From assembly GCA_964398395.1 (NCBI GenBank), contig CAYNMU010000001.1, forward strand, positions 4,233-68,232: a stretch of DNA of 64,000 nucleotides, read 5' to 3'. Source of the DNA: an uncultured Eubacteriales bacterium. GTDB taxonomy: Bacteria > Bacillota > Clostridia > Oscillospirales > Acutalibacteraceae. Position numbers and translations under genes: made by a program. A model generated the notes under the pieces. It was given only the letters and a program-made list of their open reading frames with translations, was not told where the DNA came from and searched no databases. Each line of letters begins with the position of its first letter. The first letter of the stretch is position 1. This document shows positions 54,140-62,677 of this stretch, piece by piece.

Positions 54140-55024
54140 ATGGCTGATTTTTTTACAAAGGTATCCGCGTTTTTCCTCGCGATTATCACAACGATTACTT
54201 CTTTCTTCAGCATGCTGTTTATGCAGGTTGCCGAGTATAAGGATTTGAGCTACGGTTCATCCGCGGCGCAGAAGTTTGACCTCTATCTGCCGAAATCATC
54301 ATACTCCAAATGCTCGGCCATTGTTGTCTATATTCACGGCGGCGGTTGGTCCGGCGGGGATAAGGATGTTTATCAATCCGCCTGCAAAGAAACTGCCAAG
54401 CGCGATTATGCCGCGATGACAATGAACTACAGAATGCTTGGCGAGGGAGTGCATTTAGTTGATATGCTCGCTGATATTAACTCCGCTTTGGAAGTTGCCA
54501 TAGCAAAGGCTGCGGAACAGGGGATAACCCTTAAAAAGGCGGCGTTTACTGGCGCTTCCGCGGGCGGACACCTTGCAATGATGTATGCTTACAAAAATCA
54601 AGATGTTTCACCGTTGGAGATTGCGTTCTGCGCCAGTCAATGCGGTCCCTCAAACTTTACGGACCCCAAATTTTTTAAGGAAAGTATTGATACAAACGGG
54701 TTTTATGCGGTCGTATCGGGGCTGATTGATAAAACACTGAATTCAACCACGTTTAATGATTTGACGGCTGATCTGCAAGCTGCGTCTCCCATATTTTATA
54801 TCAAAAAAGATTCACCGCCATCTATCGTCGCACAGGGTCAAAAGGATTACCTTGTTAGGTATTCGCAGGGTACGGATATTTACGACGCGTTCTATGAAGC
54901 GGGTGGAGTTTGCGAACTTATTCTGTACCCGAACTCAGACCACGGCTTAAGCAGCGACCCGGATTGCAGCGCGCGTTATGACAAACTCTTTAAGGAATTT
55001 GAATTGAAATACTTCGGCTATTAA
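54140..55024 (+). CDS. Alpha/beta hydrolase (esterase/lipase-type) with N-terminal signal anchor
   Basis: HGGGW oxyanion motif, GASAGG nucleophile elbow, and C-terminal DH (SDHGL). ATG 54140 is preferred to TTG 54131. Confidence 0.85.
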   Translation: MADFFTKVSAFFLAIITTITSFFSMLFMQVAEYKDLSYGSSAAQKFDLYLPKSSYSKCSAIVVYIHGGGWSGGDKDVYQSACKETAKRDYAAMTMNYRMLGEGVHLVDMLADINSALEVAIAKAAEQGITLKKAAFTGASAGGHLAMMYAYKNQDVSPLEIAFCASQCGPSNFTDPKFFKESIDTNGFYAVVSGLIDKTLNSTTFNDLTADLQAASPIFYIKKDSPPSIVAQGQKDYLVRYSQGTDIYDAFYEAGGVCELILYPNSDHGLSSDPDCSARYDKLFKEFELKYFGY

Positions 55025-55097
55025 ACATAAAATAATATTAAAAGCGGCTCCTTAAGGGCCTCTTTTTGATATCCCAGTCGCCTTTCGGCGGATTTTT

Positions 55098-55162
55098 ATC
55101 TACCTCTCATGTCCCATGGCGATATACTATCGCCTTTGGTGCCGGCTCGCTACAAAGGCGAG
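55098..55162. repeat. Structured intergenic repeat, copy A (two short GC-rich hairpins)
   Basis: ATCTACCTCTCATGTCCCATGGCGATATACTATCGCCTTTGGTGCCGGCTCGCTACAAAGGCGAG. Matches 59258-59324 with 3 substitutions in the first 53 nt plus two 1-nt indels. Contains the hairpins GGCGATA-TAC-TATCGCC and GCTCGC-TACAAAG-GCGAGC. Confidence 0.8.
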
Positions 55163-55201
55163 CCAAGTACGAGGGATCTTTGGTATTTTGCCCACTAACC
55201 A

Positions 55202-56521
55202 CTAACCACTAATCGCTTTTTCGTAAACCGCCATTGTCGCGTAAATCTCAGCTTGGCTGCTCGCGTCCAACACCCACATTTCTTTCGGGTTCTTGTCACC
55301 CCAGCCGTTTACCCAGTCGCCCGGCAAAAACCGGCCGTAAAGCCGCCCGTCACCCGCACTGAGGTAGTGGTCATACGCGTAATCAATCGAGCTCTGCATA
55401 TGGCCGATATAAATGGCGGAGTTCTGCGCATCATAGGGCGCGAGGGCGGTATAGCCGTTGAGCAGAATCAAGTTGAACCAAACATTGCCGACAGGGTAGC
55501 TTTTTACCCCGGCAACACTGCTGTCCTTCGCAAAAAACGCATCGGCGGACTTTGCCCAATATTTCGCCGTGTCTAAATACTTTGTTTCGCCTGTTGCCCG
55601 GTAAAGTTCCACCGCGCCGGTAATGGGGGAACCGCTGTTGTAGGAATACGGCGGTCCGTCGGGGTGAATGATACCGGTGATATTGTTTTCGCTGTCCTTT
55701 TCAAATACCATTAGGTCAAACAAAACGCCTTCAGGCTTCACAAGGTACTGCAAAAAATTGTAGGACTTCACAGCGTGCTGCAGATAAGTTTGGTTGCCCG
55801 TGAGTCGGTAAAGTGCGGCGAGCAGCTGAACAGCCGGCCCATTAGAGCAGGCATGCAGCGCCTGATGGTCCTCATTCCAGTAAAATCCGCCAAGCGGCGT
55901 TGCTTCGTCAACCGTAAATCCATAGTCCCTGAACATTTGCGGGTCCAGGTCAACAAACGCATATTCAATGATAAAATCCGCGATTTCCTTCGCCAGGTCA
56001 AGGTATTTAATCTTCCCAGTCAGTTCATAAAGCCCGATAAGGTCCCGCGCCAACCACATGTCATCGTCATACGAAACGCCGGCGGTGGATTTGTCTTTTA
56101 AGTTGTTGCGCCAGACACCGTAGCCGTTGAACTTGCCATCGGCAGTTTCACGGCGGAAATAGCGCAGACCTTCGACGACTTTTTCACATCTGCCGATATT
56201 TTTTTTATCAAGTATCGCCATTTTGTAGGACAGCGACAAAAGCCCGCAGTACCCCCAGCAGGATTCAATGTCGTTGTGCGGTTTGTTCGTCAGTATGCTG
56301 AGCCCCTCGTGCCAGTAGCTGTCGTAATATCCGCCCGCCAGCAGCCGAGCCCGGAACACATCTTTTTCATAGACGGCGAGGGTGGCCGATGTGCCGTCCT
56401 CAACCGGTTGTTTTTCGAATATTGCCCCATTTACTAAAAGATTTAAAAACTGAGCCGCTATGAGCGCATAGGGGATAAGCGTTTTTAAAAAAAATTTTAT
56501 CGAGTCCATCATTACAGCCAA
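55202..56521 (-). CDS. Putative glycoside hydrolase, GH76-like alpha/alpha-toroid protein with N-terminal TM anchor
   Basis: 439-aa ORF. YDDDMWLARDLIGLYELTG and GGFYWNEDH...HACSNGPAVQLLAALYRLTGN resemble the GH76-family repeats. The assignment is from memory and the specificity is unknown. Confidence 0.55.
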   Translation of the reverse strand: MAVMMDSIKFFLKTLIPYALIAAQFLNLLVNGAIFEKQPVEDGTSATLAVYEKDVFRARLLAGGYYDSYWHEGLSILTNKPHNDIESCWGYCGLLSLSYKMAILDKKNIGRCEKVVEGLRYFRRETADGKFNGYGVWRNNLKDKSTAGVSYDDDMWLARDLIGLYELTGKIKYLDLAKEIADFIIEYAFVDLDPQMFRDYGFTVDEATPLGGFYWNEDHQALHACSNGPAVQLLAALYRLTGNQTYLQHAVKSYNFLQYLVKPEGVLFDLMVFEKDSENNITGIIHPDGPPYSYNSGSPITGAVELYRATGETKYLDTAKYWAKSADAFFAKDSSVAGVKSYPVGNVWFNLILLNGYTALAPYDAQNSAIYIGHMQSSIDYAYDHYLSAGDGRLYGRFLPGDWVNGWGDKNPKEMWVLDASSQAEIYATMAVYEKAISG

Positions 56522-56731
56522 CCCTTTCCGGATTTATTCTGTTTTCATTTATTTGTGCTTGTCTGAATTTTACTCTGTTTGAAGCCGGTCGTCAAGAAAA
56601 AACCTGCGCAAAGAAGGCTCATTTTCGCCCCTTGAATTATCATTGGGTAACTGTAATCAGTTTGTCTTGTGTTATTAAATAATCGGTGATACAATATATT
56701 GCATGGATATTACAATTTTGGAGGGACATCA

Positions 56732-58552
56732 ATGAAACGAGCAGCAGCATTTATTATAACGGTTTGCATGGCAATAACGATGCTTGTTCCCTGTAATTCA
56801 GCTTATATCGTTCCGCTTGCGGCAAAGGTTGCAGCCCAAACCTCTGTTGAACAGGTTGTTCCGCCTGATATCTTCACACCGCTGAGTCCGCCTGTATTGG
56901 CTGCCGGGGTTCCGCAGCGTCTGCCGCAAACGCTTGGCAATATGACAATGAACAACCTTTTTTACAAGCCGAAACAGCATACCGGGGCAATTGACTGCCT
57001 TGATTTGCGGTCTTTGGACTGGTACACCCGCATTGCGGCATACTGCCTTCAGGGTTTGGTTGCCCGTAATAAGGATGCTTCTATTTTTATTATCTCATGC
57101 GGCAGTGACATAGAGTGGAAAAATTATCTTTCTTCCGCTTACGGCGTCGAATTCCATGAACTGACCGCGAATGAGCTGTTCGAAAAGTATGCGCTGTTTG
57201 TCAAAAAAATGTTTGTCTACAATTGGGATTCCGGTGGCGGTGACCCTTACCAAATGGTGATGGCCGTCAACATGGCATCCGTTTCGGACGGTCTGCCTGT
57301 TTCAAACGAACTGGCGTCATTATTGACGGGCGAATGTGGGTATCCTATAAACATGGTAAAGGAAGACTTAACCGCGCGCTGGAATAACAAGCTGGAAGCT
57401 TATGAATGGGGTATCCAAAATATTTTACCGCTGTGCAACAAAAATTATGTCGGAGCATGTGACGGCGGCGATTCAATTTGGGATTATCTCTATGCGACTC
57501 AATCCTTTTCTTTTTGGCTTGATTACACGGTGAGTGAAGAAAAAGCGTTGATAGACAAAATATTGACGGCGGAAGGGTATACGATGCCGGGCGTGGTTTT
57601 GGGCTACGGCCCCACCGGCGACGCCTTGCTTCACGCCACCGGACCGAAAGGCTTCGGCTATCTGGTTTCGGATTATTTTGTTAACGCAACCTTTCTTGCA
57701 TCCTTCCCCCTGACGGATAAAACATATCATCAGAAACCGATTGATATCGGGCTTAAAGGCAAAAACGGGGTGATGTATGTATCGGTTTATATCAGCGACG
57801 GGGATAATATTCAATTCAATCAAAAGGCTTCGCAGGGTATGTGGTCAAACACAACCGACCGGGGAAAATATCCGGTTGCGCTGGAAATCAACCCTGCTCT
57901 GCTGGAGATTGCGCCACCGATGCTTGAGTGGTTTGAGTCGCGTCGGACAAACAATGATGAGTTGATGGGTGGTCCCGCCGGTTTTTCTTATATCTGGGAA
58001 GATGAGTTCAAAAATGACACTCAAACATGGGACAACTGGCATGCCATTAACAACTATTTTCTGAACCGGGCGGACATGCGTACCGTTGCATCATCCCGAG
58101 TGACAAATTCCAACGCTCAAAACAGCTTTATGCAGAAGTCTGCCATTATCGGTGCGCTTGAATGGGGTGACCCGTATGAATTTTGGCGAATCTTCAACGG
58201 TAAGGTCTATAATTACGGTGATAAACCGGTTGTAGTTGCAGCCAGCTGCGGCAACGCTATTTTTAATAAATTTAAAAATGTCTATTCGAATCCGTTTAAG
58301 CCGACCTTCTATGCGCTCAATGTAACGCAGGGGGATGTTTGTTCGCCGCTGGGCGATAGTAACGCATATAAGTACATCAACAGTGAAATGGAAAAATTAA
58401 AAAGCAAATACGGTGACAAGATTGAGTTTGTCCTGCCGAGCGATATGCTGACCATGGCAAAGAATTATTCCGATACGAAAGTGGTTAAAAACACAGTACT
58501 TCATTGGCTGAAGGATTTTGTAAACATTATTTCAAAGTTATTTTCGTTTTAG
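56732..58552 (+). CDS. Secreted protein, GxGYxYP-family-like putative glycoside hydrolase
   Basis: ATG 56732 with GGAGGG 6 nt upstream, and a signal peptide. The central GPKGFGYLVSDYF segment and overall size resemble GxGYxYP-domain proteins (low-confidence recall). Divergent from the GH76-like gene. Confidence 0.45.
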   Translation: MKRAAAFIITVCMAITMLVPCNSAYIVPLAAKVAAQTSVEQVVPPDIFTPLSPPVLAAGVPQRLPQTLGNMTMNNLFYKPKQHTGAIDCLDLRSLDWYTRIAAYCLQGLVARNKDASIFIISCGSDIEWKNYLSSAYGVEFHELTANELFEKYALFVKKMFVYNWDSGGGDPYQMVMAVNMASVSDGLPVSNELASLLTGECGYPINMVKEDLTARWNNKLEAYEWGIQNILPLCNKNYVGACDGGDSIWDYLYATQSFSFWLDYTVSEEKALIDKILTAEGYTMPGVVLGYGPTGDALLHATGPKGFGYLVSDYFVNATFLASFPLTDKTYHQKPIDIGLKGKNGVMYVSVYISDGDNIQFNQKASQGMWSNTTDRGKYPVALEINPALLEIAPPMLEWFESRRTNNDELMGGPAGFSYIWEDEFKNDTQTWDNWHAINNYFLNRADMRTVASSRVTNSNAQNSFMQKSAIIGALEWGDPYEFWRIFNGKVYNYGDKPVVVAASCGNAIFNKFKNVYSNPFKPTFYALNVTQGDVCSPLGDSNAYKYINSEMEKLKSKYGDKIEFVLPSDMLTMAKNYSDTKVVKNTVLHWLKDFVNIISKLFSF

Positions 58553-58574
58553 CCTTGCTAACTACTGAAATTTT

Positions 58575-58610
58575 AAGCGGCTCCGAAAGAAATCGGGCCG
58601 CTTTTTATTT
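58575..58610 (+). terminator. Intrinsic terminator
   Basis: AAGCGGC/GCCGCTT stem with a 15-nt loop, followed by TTTTATTT. Confidence 0.65.
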
Positions 58611-58654
58611 GTTTCCGTTTTTATCTGCTTCACAACCACCTGAAGCTCACTTTT

Positions 58655-59104
58655 TTAATTCTCTTTCAAGCTGTTCTCCAATATTGCAATTGCCTCGGCA
58701 TATTTTTTAACGCGGGCATTGTCATTTTCGCTGACCGTTTTCAGCCTCGTCAAATCGCTGTTGTGCCGGAGGTCCGCCAGCTTGACTTGCGTTGCGTACT
58801 TGTTGTTTGAATCCGCTATCCGCCGCACATAGTCCATGTATGCGCTGCCGTCATCATGCGTGAGGAATTTCAGCGTCTGAATAACTTCCGGTGGAAAGCC
58901 TTCTTTTTCAAGCTCTTCCATTGTCCGGTCAGAATCTTCAACCACATCATGCAGCAGGGCGACTATTACCGCGATTTCCGTATCCATCTGTTCCGCCAAA
59001 TGGATAGGGTGGGCGATGTAGGGGAAACCGCCCTTGTCAAATTGGTCTTTGTGCGCGTCAAAGGCTATTCGCATTGCTTTTTTTGTTAATTCGGTGTAAA
59101 TCAT
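58655..59104 (-). CDS. Small HD-domain protein, RelA/SpoT-hydrolase-like (putative small alarmone hydrolase)
   Basis: 149-aa ORF with AHKDQFDKGG.PYIAHPIHLA and ALLHDVVEDS, the HD motif of (p)ppGpp hydrolase domains. Confidence 0.75.
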   Translation of the reverse strand: MIYTELTKKAMRIAFDAHKDQFDKGGFPYIAHPIHLAEQMDTEIAVIVALLHDVVEDSDRTMEELEKEGFPPEVIQTLKFLTHDDGSAYMDYVRRIADSNNKYATQVKLADLRHNSDLTRLKTVSENDNARVKKYAEAIAILENSLKEN

Positions 59105-59257
59105 TTTATGTTCGTTCCTTTCAAGTTTGAAAGTATAAACTGATTATACCCTATGGCGTTTGGCAATTCAATGGCGGTTTTAGTGATGCCCAAAAACACA
59201 AATTATTGTCAATAAACATTGCTTTATAGACGATAATTTGTAAATACAGGAAATTTG

Positions 59258-59324
59258 CATCTACCTCTCATGTCCCATGGCGATATTCTATCGCCGTTGG
59301 TGCCAGCTCGCCTACAATAGGCGA
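59258..59324. repeat. Structured intergenic repeat, copy B
   Basis: Near-identical to 55098-55162 (see copy A). The single substitution inside the first hairpin falls in its loop. Confidence 0.8.
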
Positions 59325-59500
59325 GTTAAAACGGGTCCCCGTCGTAAGGACATGGCGTGCCGTGTCCGTGTAGGGGCGTCACTTTGTGCGCCCGCGGGCG
59401 ATTAATAATCGCCCCTACGGTTTTTTGCCTCCCGTTTTACGTCCCTTGTTAAAGGGAAGGGGACCGCCCCGCGGGCGGTGAAGGGATTGCGTTCCTTGCC
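59325..59500. repeat. Cluster of GC-rich palindromic hairpin elements (REP-like)
   Basis: Consecutive inverted repeats: GGACATGGCGTGCCGTGTCC, GTAGGGGCG...CGCCCCTAC (59369-59417) enclosing GGGCGATT-AAT-AATCGCCC, TCCCTT-GTTA-AAGGGA, and CCGCCCCGCGGGCGG. GTAGGGGCG-type hairpins also occur at 6112-6135 and, in variant form, at 62605-62630. Confidence 0.6.
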
Positions 59501-59600
59501 CCCTTGACATCCCATTCATTGGACTATGCTGTATAAACCACCTTGTTTATGCCAAATGCGAAAACTTTTATTCTAGTTTTATAGATTGTAATATAAAAAT

Positions 59601-59609
59601 ATGATATAA
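59601..59609 (+). promoter_or_regulatory. Extended -10 promoter element upstream of the R-M locus
   Basis: TGATATAAT (TGnTATAAT) at 59601-59609. Only a weak -35 (TAGATT) lies 17 nt upstream. Confidence 0.4.
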
Positions 59610-59781
59610 TAGCAAACAATAATTGGAGTATTCATATCTTGAAAGAAAAATATAATCAGCTCGTTAAAGAGTACAAAGGCTTTGAGGAAAAGATGGGACG
59701 ATTGACGGGCGACCTTTCTGGAATGTTCGCGAAGCCGGCGGATTTGCAGGGGAGATAAAAAGTGGTTGGGGGCGATTTGGT

Positions 59782-60141
59782 TTGAAATCTAAGAAGAAAA
59801 ATAAAATAACAATCCGTTCTGGTGCAGCGGAATATTTAACATTTATCGCGGCCAGCGGTGAGAGCGGCGTTGAGGCTGTATATGCGGACGAAAATGTTTG
59901 GCTTACGCAAAAAATGATGGGCGTTTTGTATGATGTGACAACACCGACAATCAATGAACATATCGCAAAAATTTTTGCAGATAGTGAATTGGAACAGGGT
60001 GCAACTATTAGGAATTTCCGAATAGTTCAAACCGAAAGCGAGCGTCAGGTAGAACGCGATGTGAAACACTACAATTTGCCGATGATTATCTCTGTAGGAT
60101 ATAAAGATATTTTAATAAAACCTGTTATAATACAAATTTAG
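59782..60141 (+). pseudogene. Truncated rhuM-family (virulence protein RhuM-like) gene fragment
   Basis: The first ~107 aa (…DENVWLTQKMMGVLYDVTTPTINEHIAKIFADSELEQGATIRNFRIVQTESERQVERDVKHYNLPMIISVGYK) match the conserved N-terminal half of RhuM proteins, which are normally ~330 aa. The reading frame then diverges and stops after 12 more codons. Confidence 0.65.
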
Positions 60142-60223
60142 TGCAGTATATCCAATTATTAATGAACTACCGACTAATAGGGGTTGTTCGGTATAGATTT
60201 CAACTATGTTTGTGAGGTTTGAT

Positions 60224-62578
60224 ATGAGCGAGAAAAAGGTTTACACCGAGGAAGATATCAAAATGAAATTCATCACCCCTGCCGTTGTCGGCGCGGGGTG
60301 GGATTTAGCCCGCCAAATCAGGGCTGAGTTCACTTTTACCGATGGACGTGTTATCGTCCGCGGCAATGTGACTGCCAGAGGCAAAAAGAAGCGGGCAGAT
60401 TATATTCTTCTTTATAAACCGAATATGCCCCTTGCGATTATCGAAGCAAAAGACAATAACCACAGCCTTGGCGACGGCATGCAGCAGGGAATCGAATACG
60501 CCGTCACACTTGACATACCATTTGTTTACAGTTCCAACGGAGACGGCTTCATCGAGCACGATATGGCGAAAGGCACCGAAAAGGAACTCGCGCTCGAAGA
60601 TTTTCCGTCACCGGATGAGCTTTGGCAAAGATACACGCAGCAAAAGAATCTATCCGAAAAGCAGGAAGAACTGATAACGGAACCGTATTATTTTCAGCTG
60701 GGCGATAAAACACCCCGCTATTATCAGCGCATCGCAATCAACAGAACCCTTGAAGCCATTGCAAAAGGGCAGGACAGAATTCTTTTGGTCATGGCAACAG
60801 GCACCGGCAAAACCTACACCGCTTTTCAGATTATATACAGGTTGCACAAGGCGGGGATTAAAAAGAAAATCCTCTACCTGGCCGACAGAAACATATTGAT
60901 TGACCAAACCATGACCAACGATTTCAAGCCCTTAGAAAAGGTGATGACCAAGGTCGAAAACAGGGTTTTGGACAGCTCTTATGAAATATATATGGCGCTT
61001 TACCAGCAATTGACGGGTGAAGATAATTTTGAAGTTTTCACGCAGTTTCAGCCGGACTTTTTCGATTTGATTATTGTAGACGAGTGCCACAGGGGCAGCG
61101 CGAAAGAAGCGTCAAGGTGGCGCAAGGTGCTGGACTATTTCACAACAGCCACACAGATAGGTATGACGGCGACCCCGAAAGAAACAGCGGATATTTCAAA
61201 CATCTATTATTTCGGCGAACCGGTGTACACCTATTCATTAAAGCAGGGCATTGAAGACGGCTTTTTGGCACCGTATAAAGTTGTTCGCATCGGCATTGAC
61301 AGGGATTTGCAGGGCTACCGGCCGCCCGCAGGCAAAGAAGATGTTGACGGCTATGAAATTGAAGACCGGGAGTACACAGCGAAAGATTTTGACAGACTCC
61401 TGATTATTGACGACAGGACAAAGAAAGTCGCGCAGACCATCACAACCTTTCTTAAAAAAACAGACCGCTTTTCAAAAACAATCGTGTTTTGCGTCAACAT
61501 AAACCATGCCGAGCGTATGCGGCAGGCGCTTGTCAACGAAAACTCGGATTTGGTAGCCGAAAACCCCAAGTATGTCATGCGCATCACCGGCGACAATCCC
61601 GAGGGCAAGGCGCAGCTTGACAACTTTATTGACGAAGGTGTCAAATATCCCGCCATTGTGACCACATCAAAGCTGATGACTACGGGCGTTGACTGCAAAA
61701 CTACCAAGCTGATAGTGCTTGACAATAACATCAATTCCATGACGGAGTTCAAGCAGATCATCGGGCGCGGCACAAGAATCAAAGCCGACTACGGCAAGAT
61801 GTTCTTCACCATTATGGATTTCAGGAACGCGAGCCGCTTGTTTGCGGATAAAGACTTTGACGGCGACCCGGTACAGGTGTATGAACCGAAGGAAGATGAA
61901 AGCCCCGTGCCGCCGGACCCGCCCGAAACAGACGACCCGACGGAAATACCCGGCAGTGAAGATGGACAGGAAAAGAAAAACCCCTTCGAAGAAAACGACG
62001 ATGGAAAGAATTACCACCATATTTACCGTGTGGACGATGTCTTTGTTAAAATCGTTTCCGAGCGGGTGCAGTATTACGATAAAGGCGGCAAACTGATAAC
62101 CGAAAGCCTGACGGATTACACCAAGAAAAACATTTTGGAAGAATACGCCACCCTTGAAGATTTCCTGCGCTCATGGAAGAGCGAGGAACGCAAAGAAGCC
62201 ATTGTTGACGAACTCAAAGAGCACGGCGTTTTGCTGGAAGCACTGCGCGAGCTGGCAGGGCACAAGGATTTGGACGATTTTGATTTAATTTGCCACATCG
62301 CTTTTGACAAAAAGCCTTTGACCAAAGCGGAGCGGGCAAACAATGTGCAAAAACGCGGCTATCTTTACAAATATTCCGCCATGGCGCAGCAGGTTTTGCA
62401 AGCCCTGTTGGAACATTATATGGACGACGGCATACGGGATATCGGCGATACAAAGATTTTGGAGCAAAAAGACTTTCAGCGTTTTGGCAGCCCGCTTAAA
62501 ATCGCGGCGCTTTTCGGGGGCAAAGCCGGTTACATCTCGGCGGTGAAAGAACTGCAGGACGAATTGTATTTAGCATAA
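60224..62578 (+). CDS. hsdR: Type I restriction enzyme R subunit (HsdR)
   Basis: ATG 60224 (MSEKKVYTEEDIK) with GAGG 6 nt upstream. N-terminal PD-(D/E)xK nuclease region (ADYILLY...AIIEAKD), SF2 motor motifs I (MATGTGKT) and II (VDECHRG), later motifs (TATPK, TSKLMTTGVD, QIIGRGTR). 784 aa. Confidence 0.9.
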   Translation: MSEKKVYTEEDIKMKFITPAVVGAGWDLARQIRAEFTFTDGRVIVRGNVTARGKKKRADYILLYKPNMPLAIIEAKDNNHSLGDGMQQGIEYAVTLDIPFVYSSNGDGFIEHDMAKGTEKELALEDFPSPDELWQRYTQQKNLSEKQEELITEPYYFQLGDKTPRYYQRIAINRTLEAIAKGQDRILLVMATGTGKTYTAFQIIYRLHKAGIKKKILYLADRNILIDQTMTNDFKPLEKVMTKVENRVLDSSYEIYMALYQQLTGEDNFEVFTQFQPDFFDLIIVDECHRGSAKEASRWRKVLDYFTTATQIGMTATPKETADISNIYYFGEPVYTYSLKQGIEDGFLAPYKVVRIGIDRDLQGYRPPAGKEDVDGYEIEDREYTAKDFDRLLIIDDRTKKVAQTITTFLKKTDRFSKTIVFCVNINHAERMRQALVNENSDLVAENPKYVMRITGDNPEGKAQLDNFIDEGVKYPAIVTTSKLMTTGVDCKTTKLIVLDNNINSMTEFKQIIGRGTRIKADYGKMFFTIMDFRNASRLFADKDFDGDPVQVYEPKEDESPVPPDPPETDDPTEIPGSEDGQEKKNPFEENDDGKNYHHIYRVDDVFVKIVSERVQYYDKGGKLITESLTDYTKKNILEEYATLEDFLRSWKSEERKEAIVDELKEHGVLLEALRELAGHKDLDDFDLICHIAFDKKPLTKAERANNVQKRGYLYKYSAMAQQVLQALLEHYMDDGIRDIGDTKILEQKDFQRFGSPLKIAALFGGKAGYISAVKELQDELYLA

Positions 62579-62677
62579 ACATCAATGCTATCAAATTACG
62601 AAAAGTAGGGCGGGGGCTTGCTCCCGCCGCCACAAGAAATGAAAATGACGGCATAAACAGGGAACGGGAGTTAAAAA

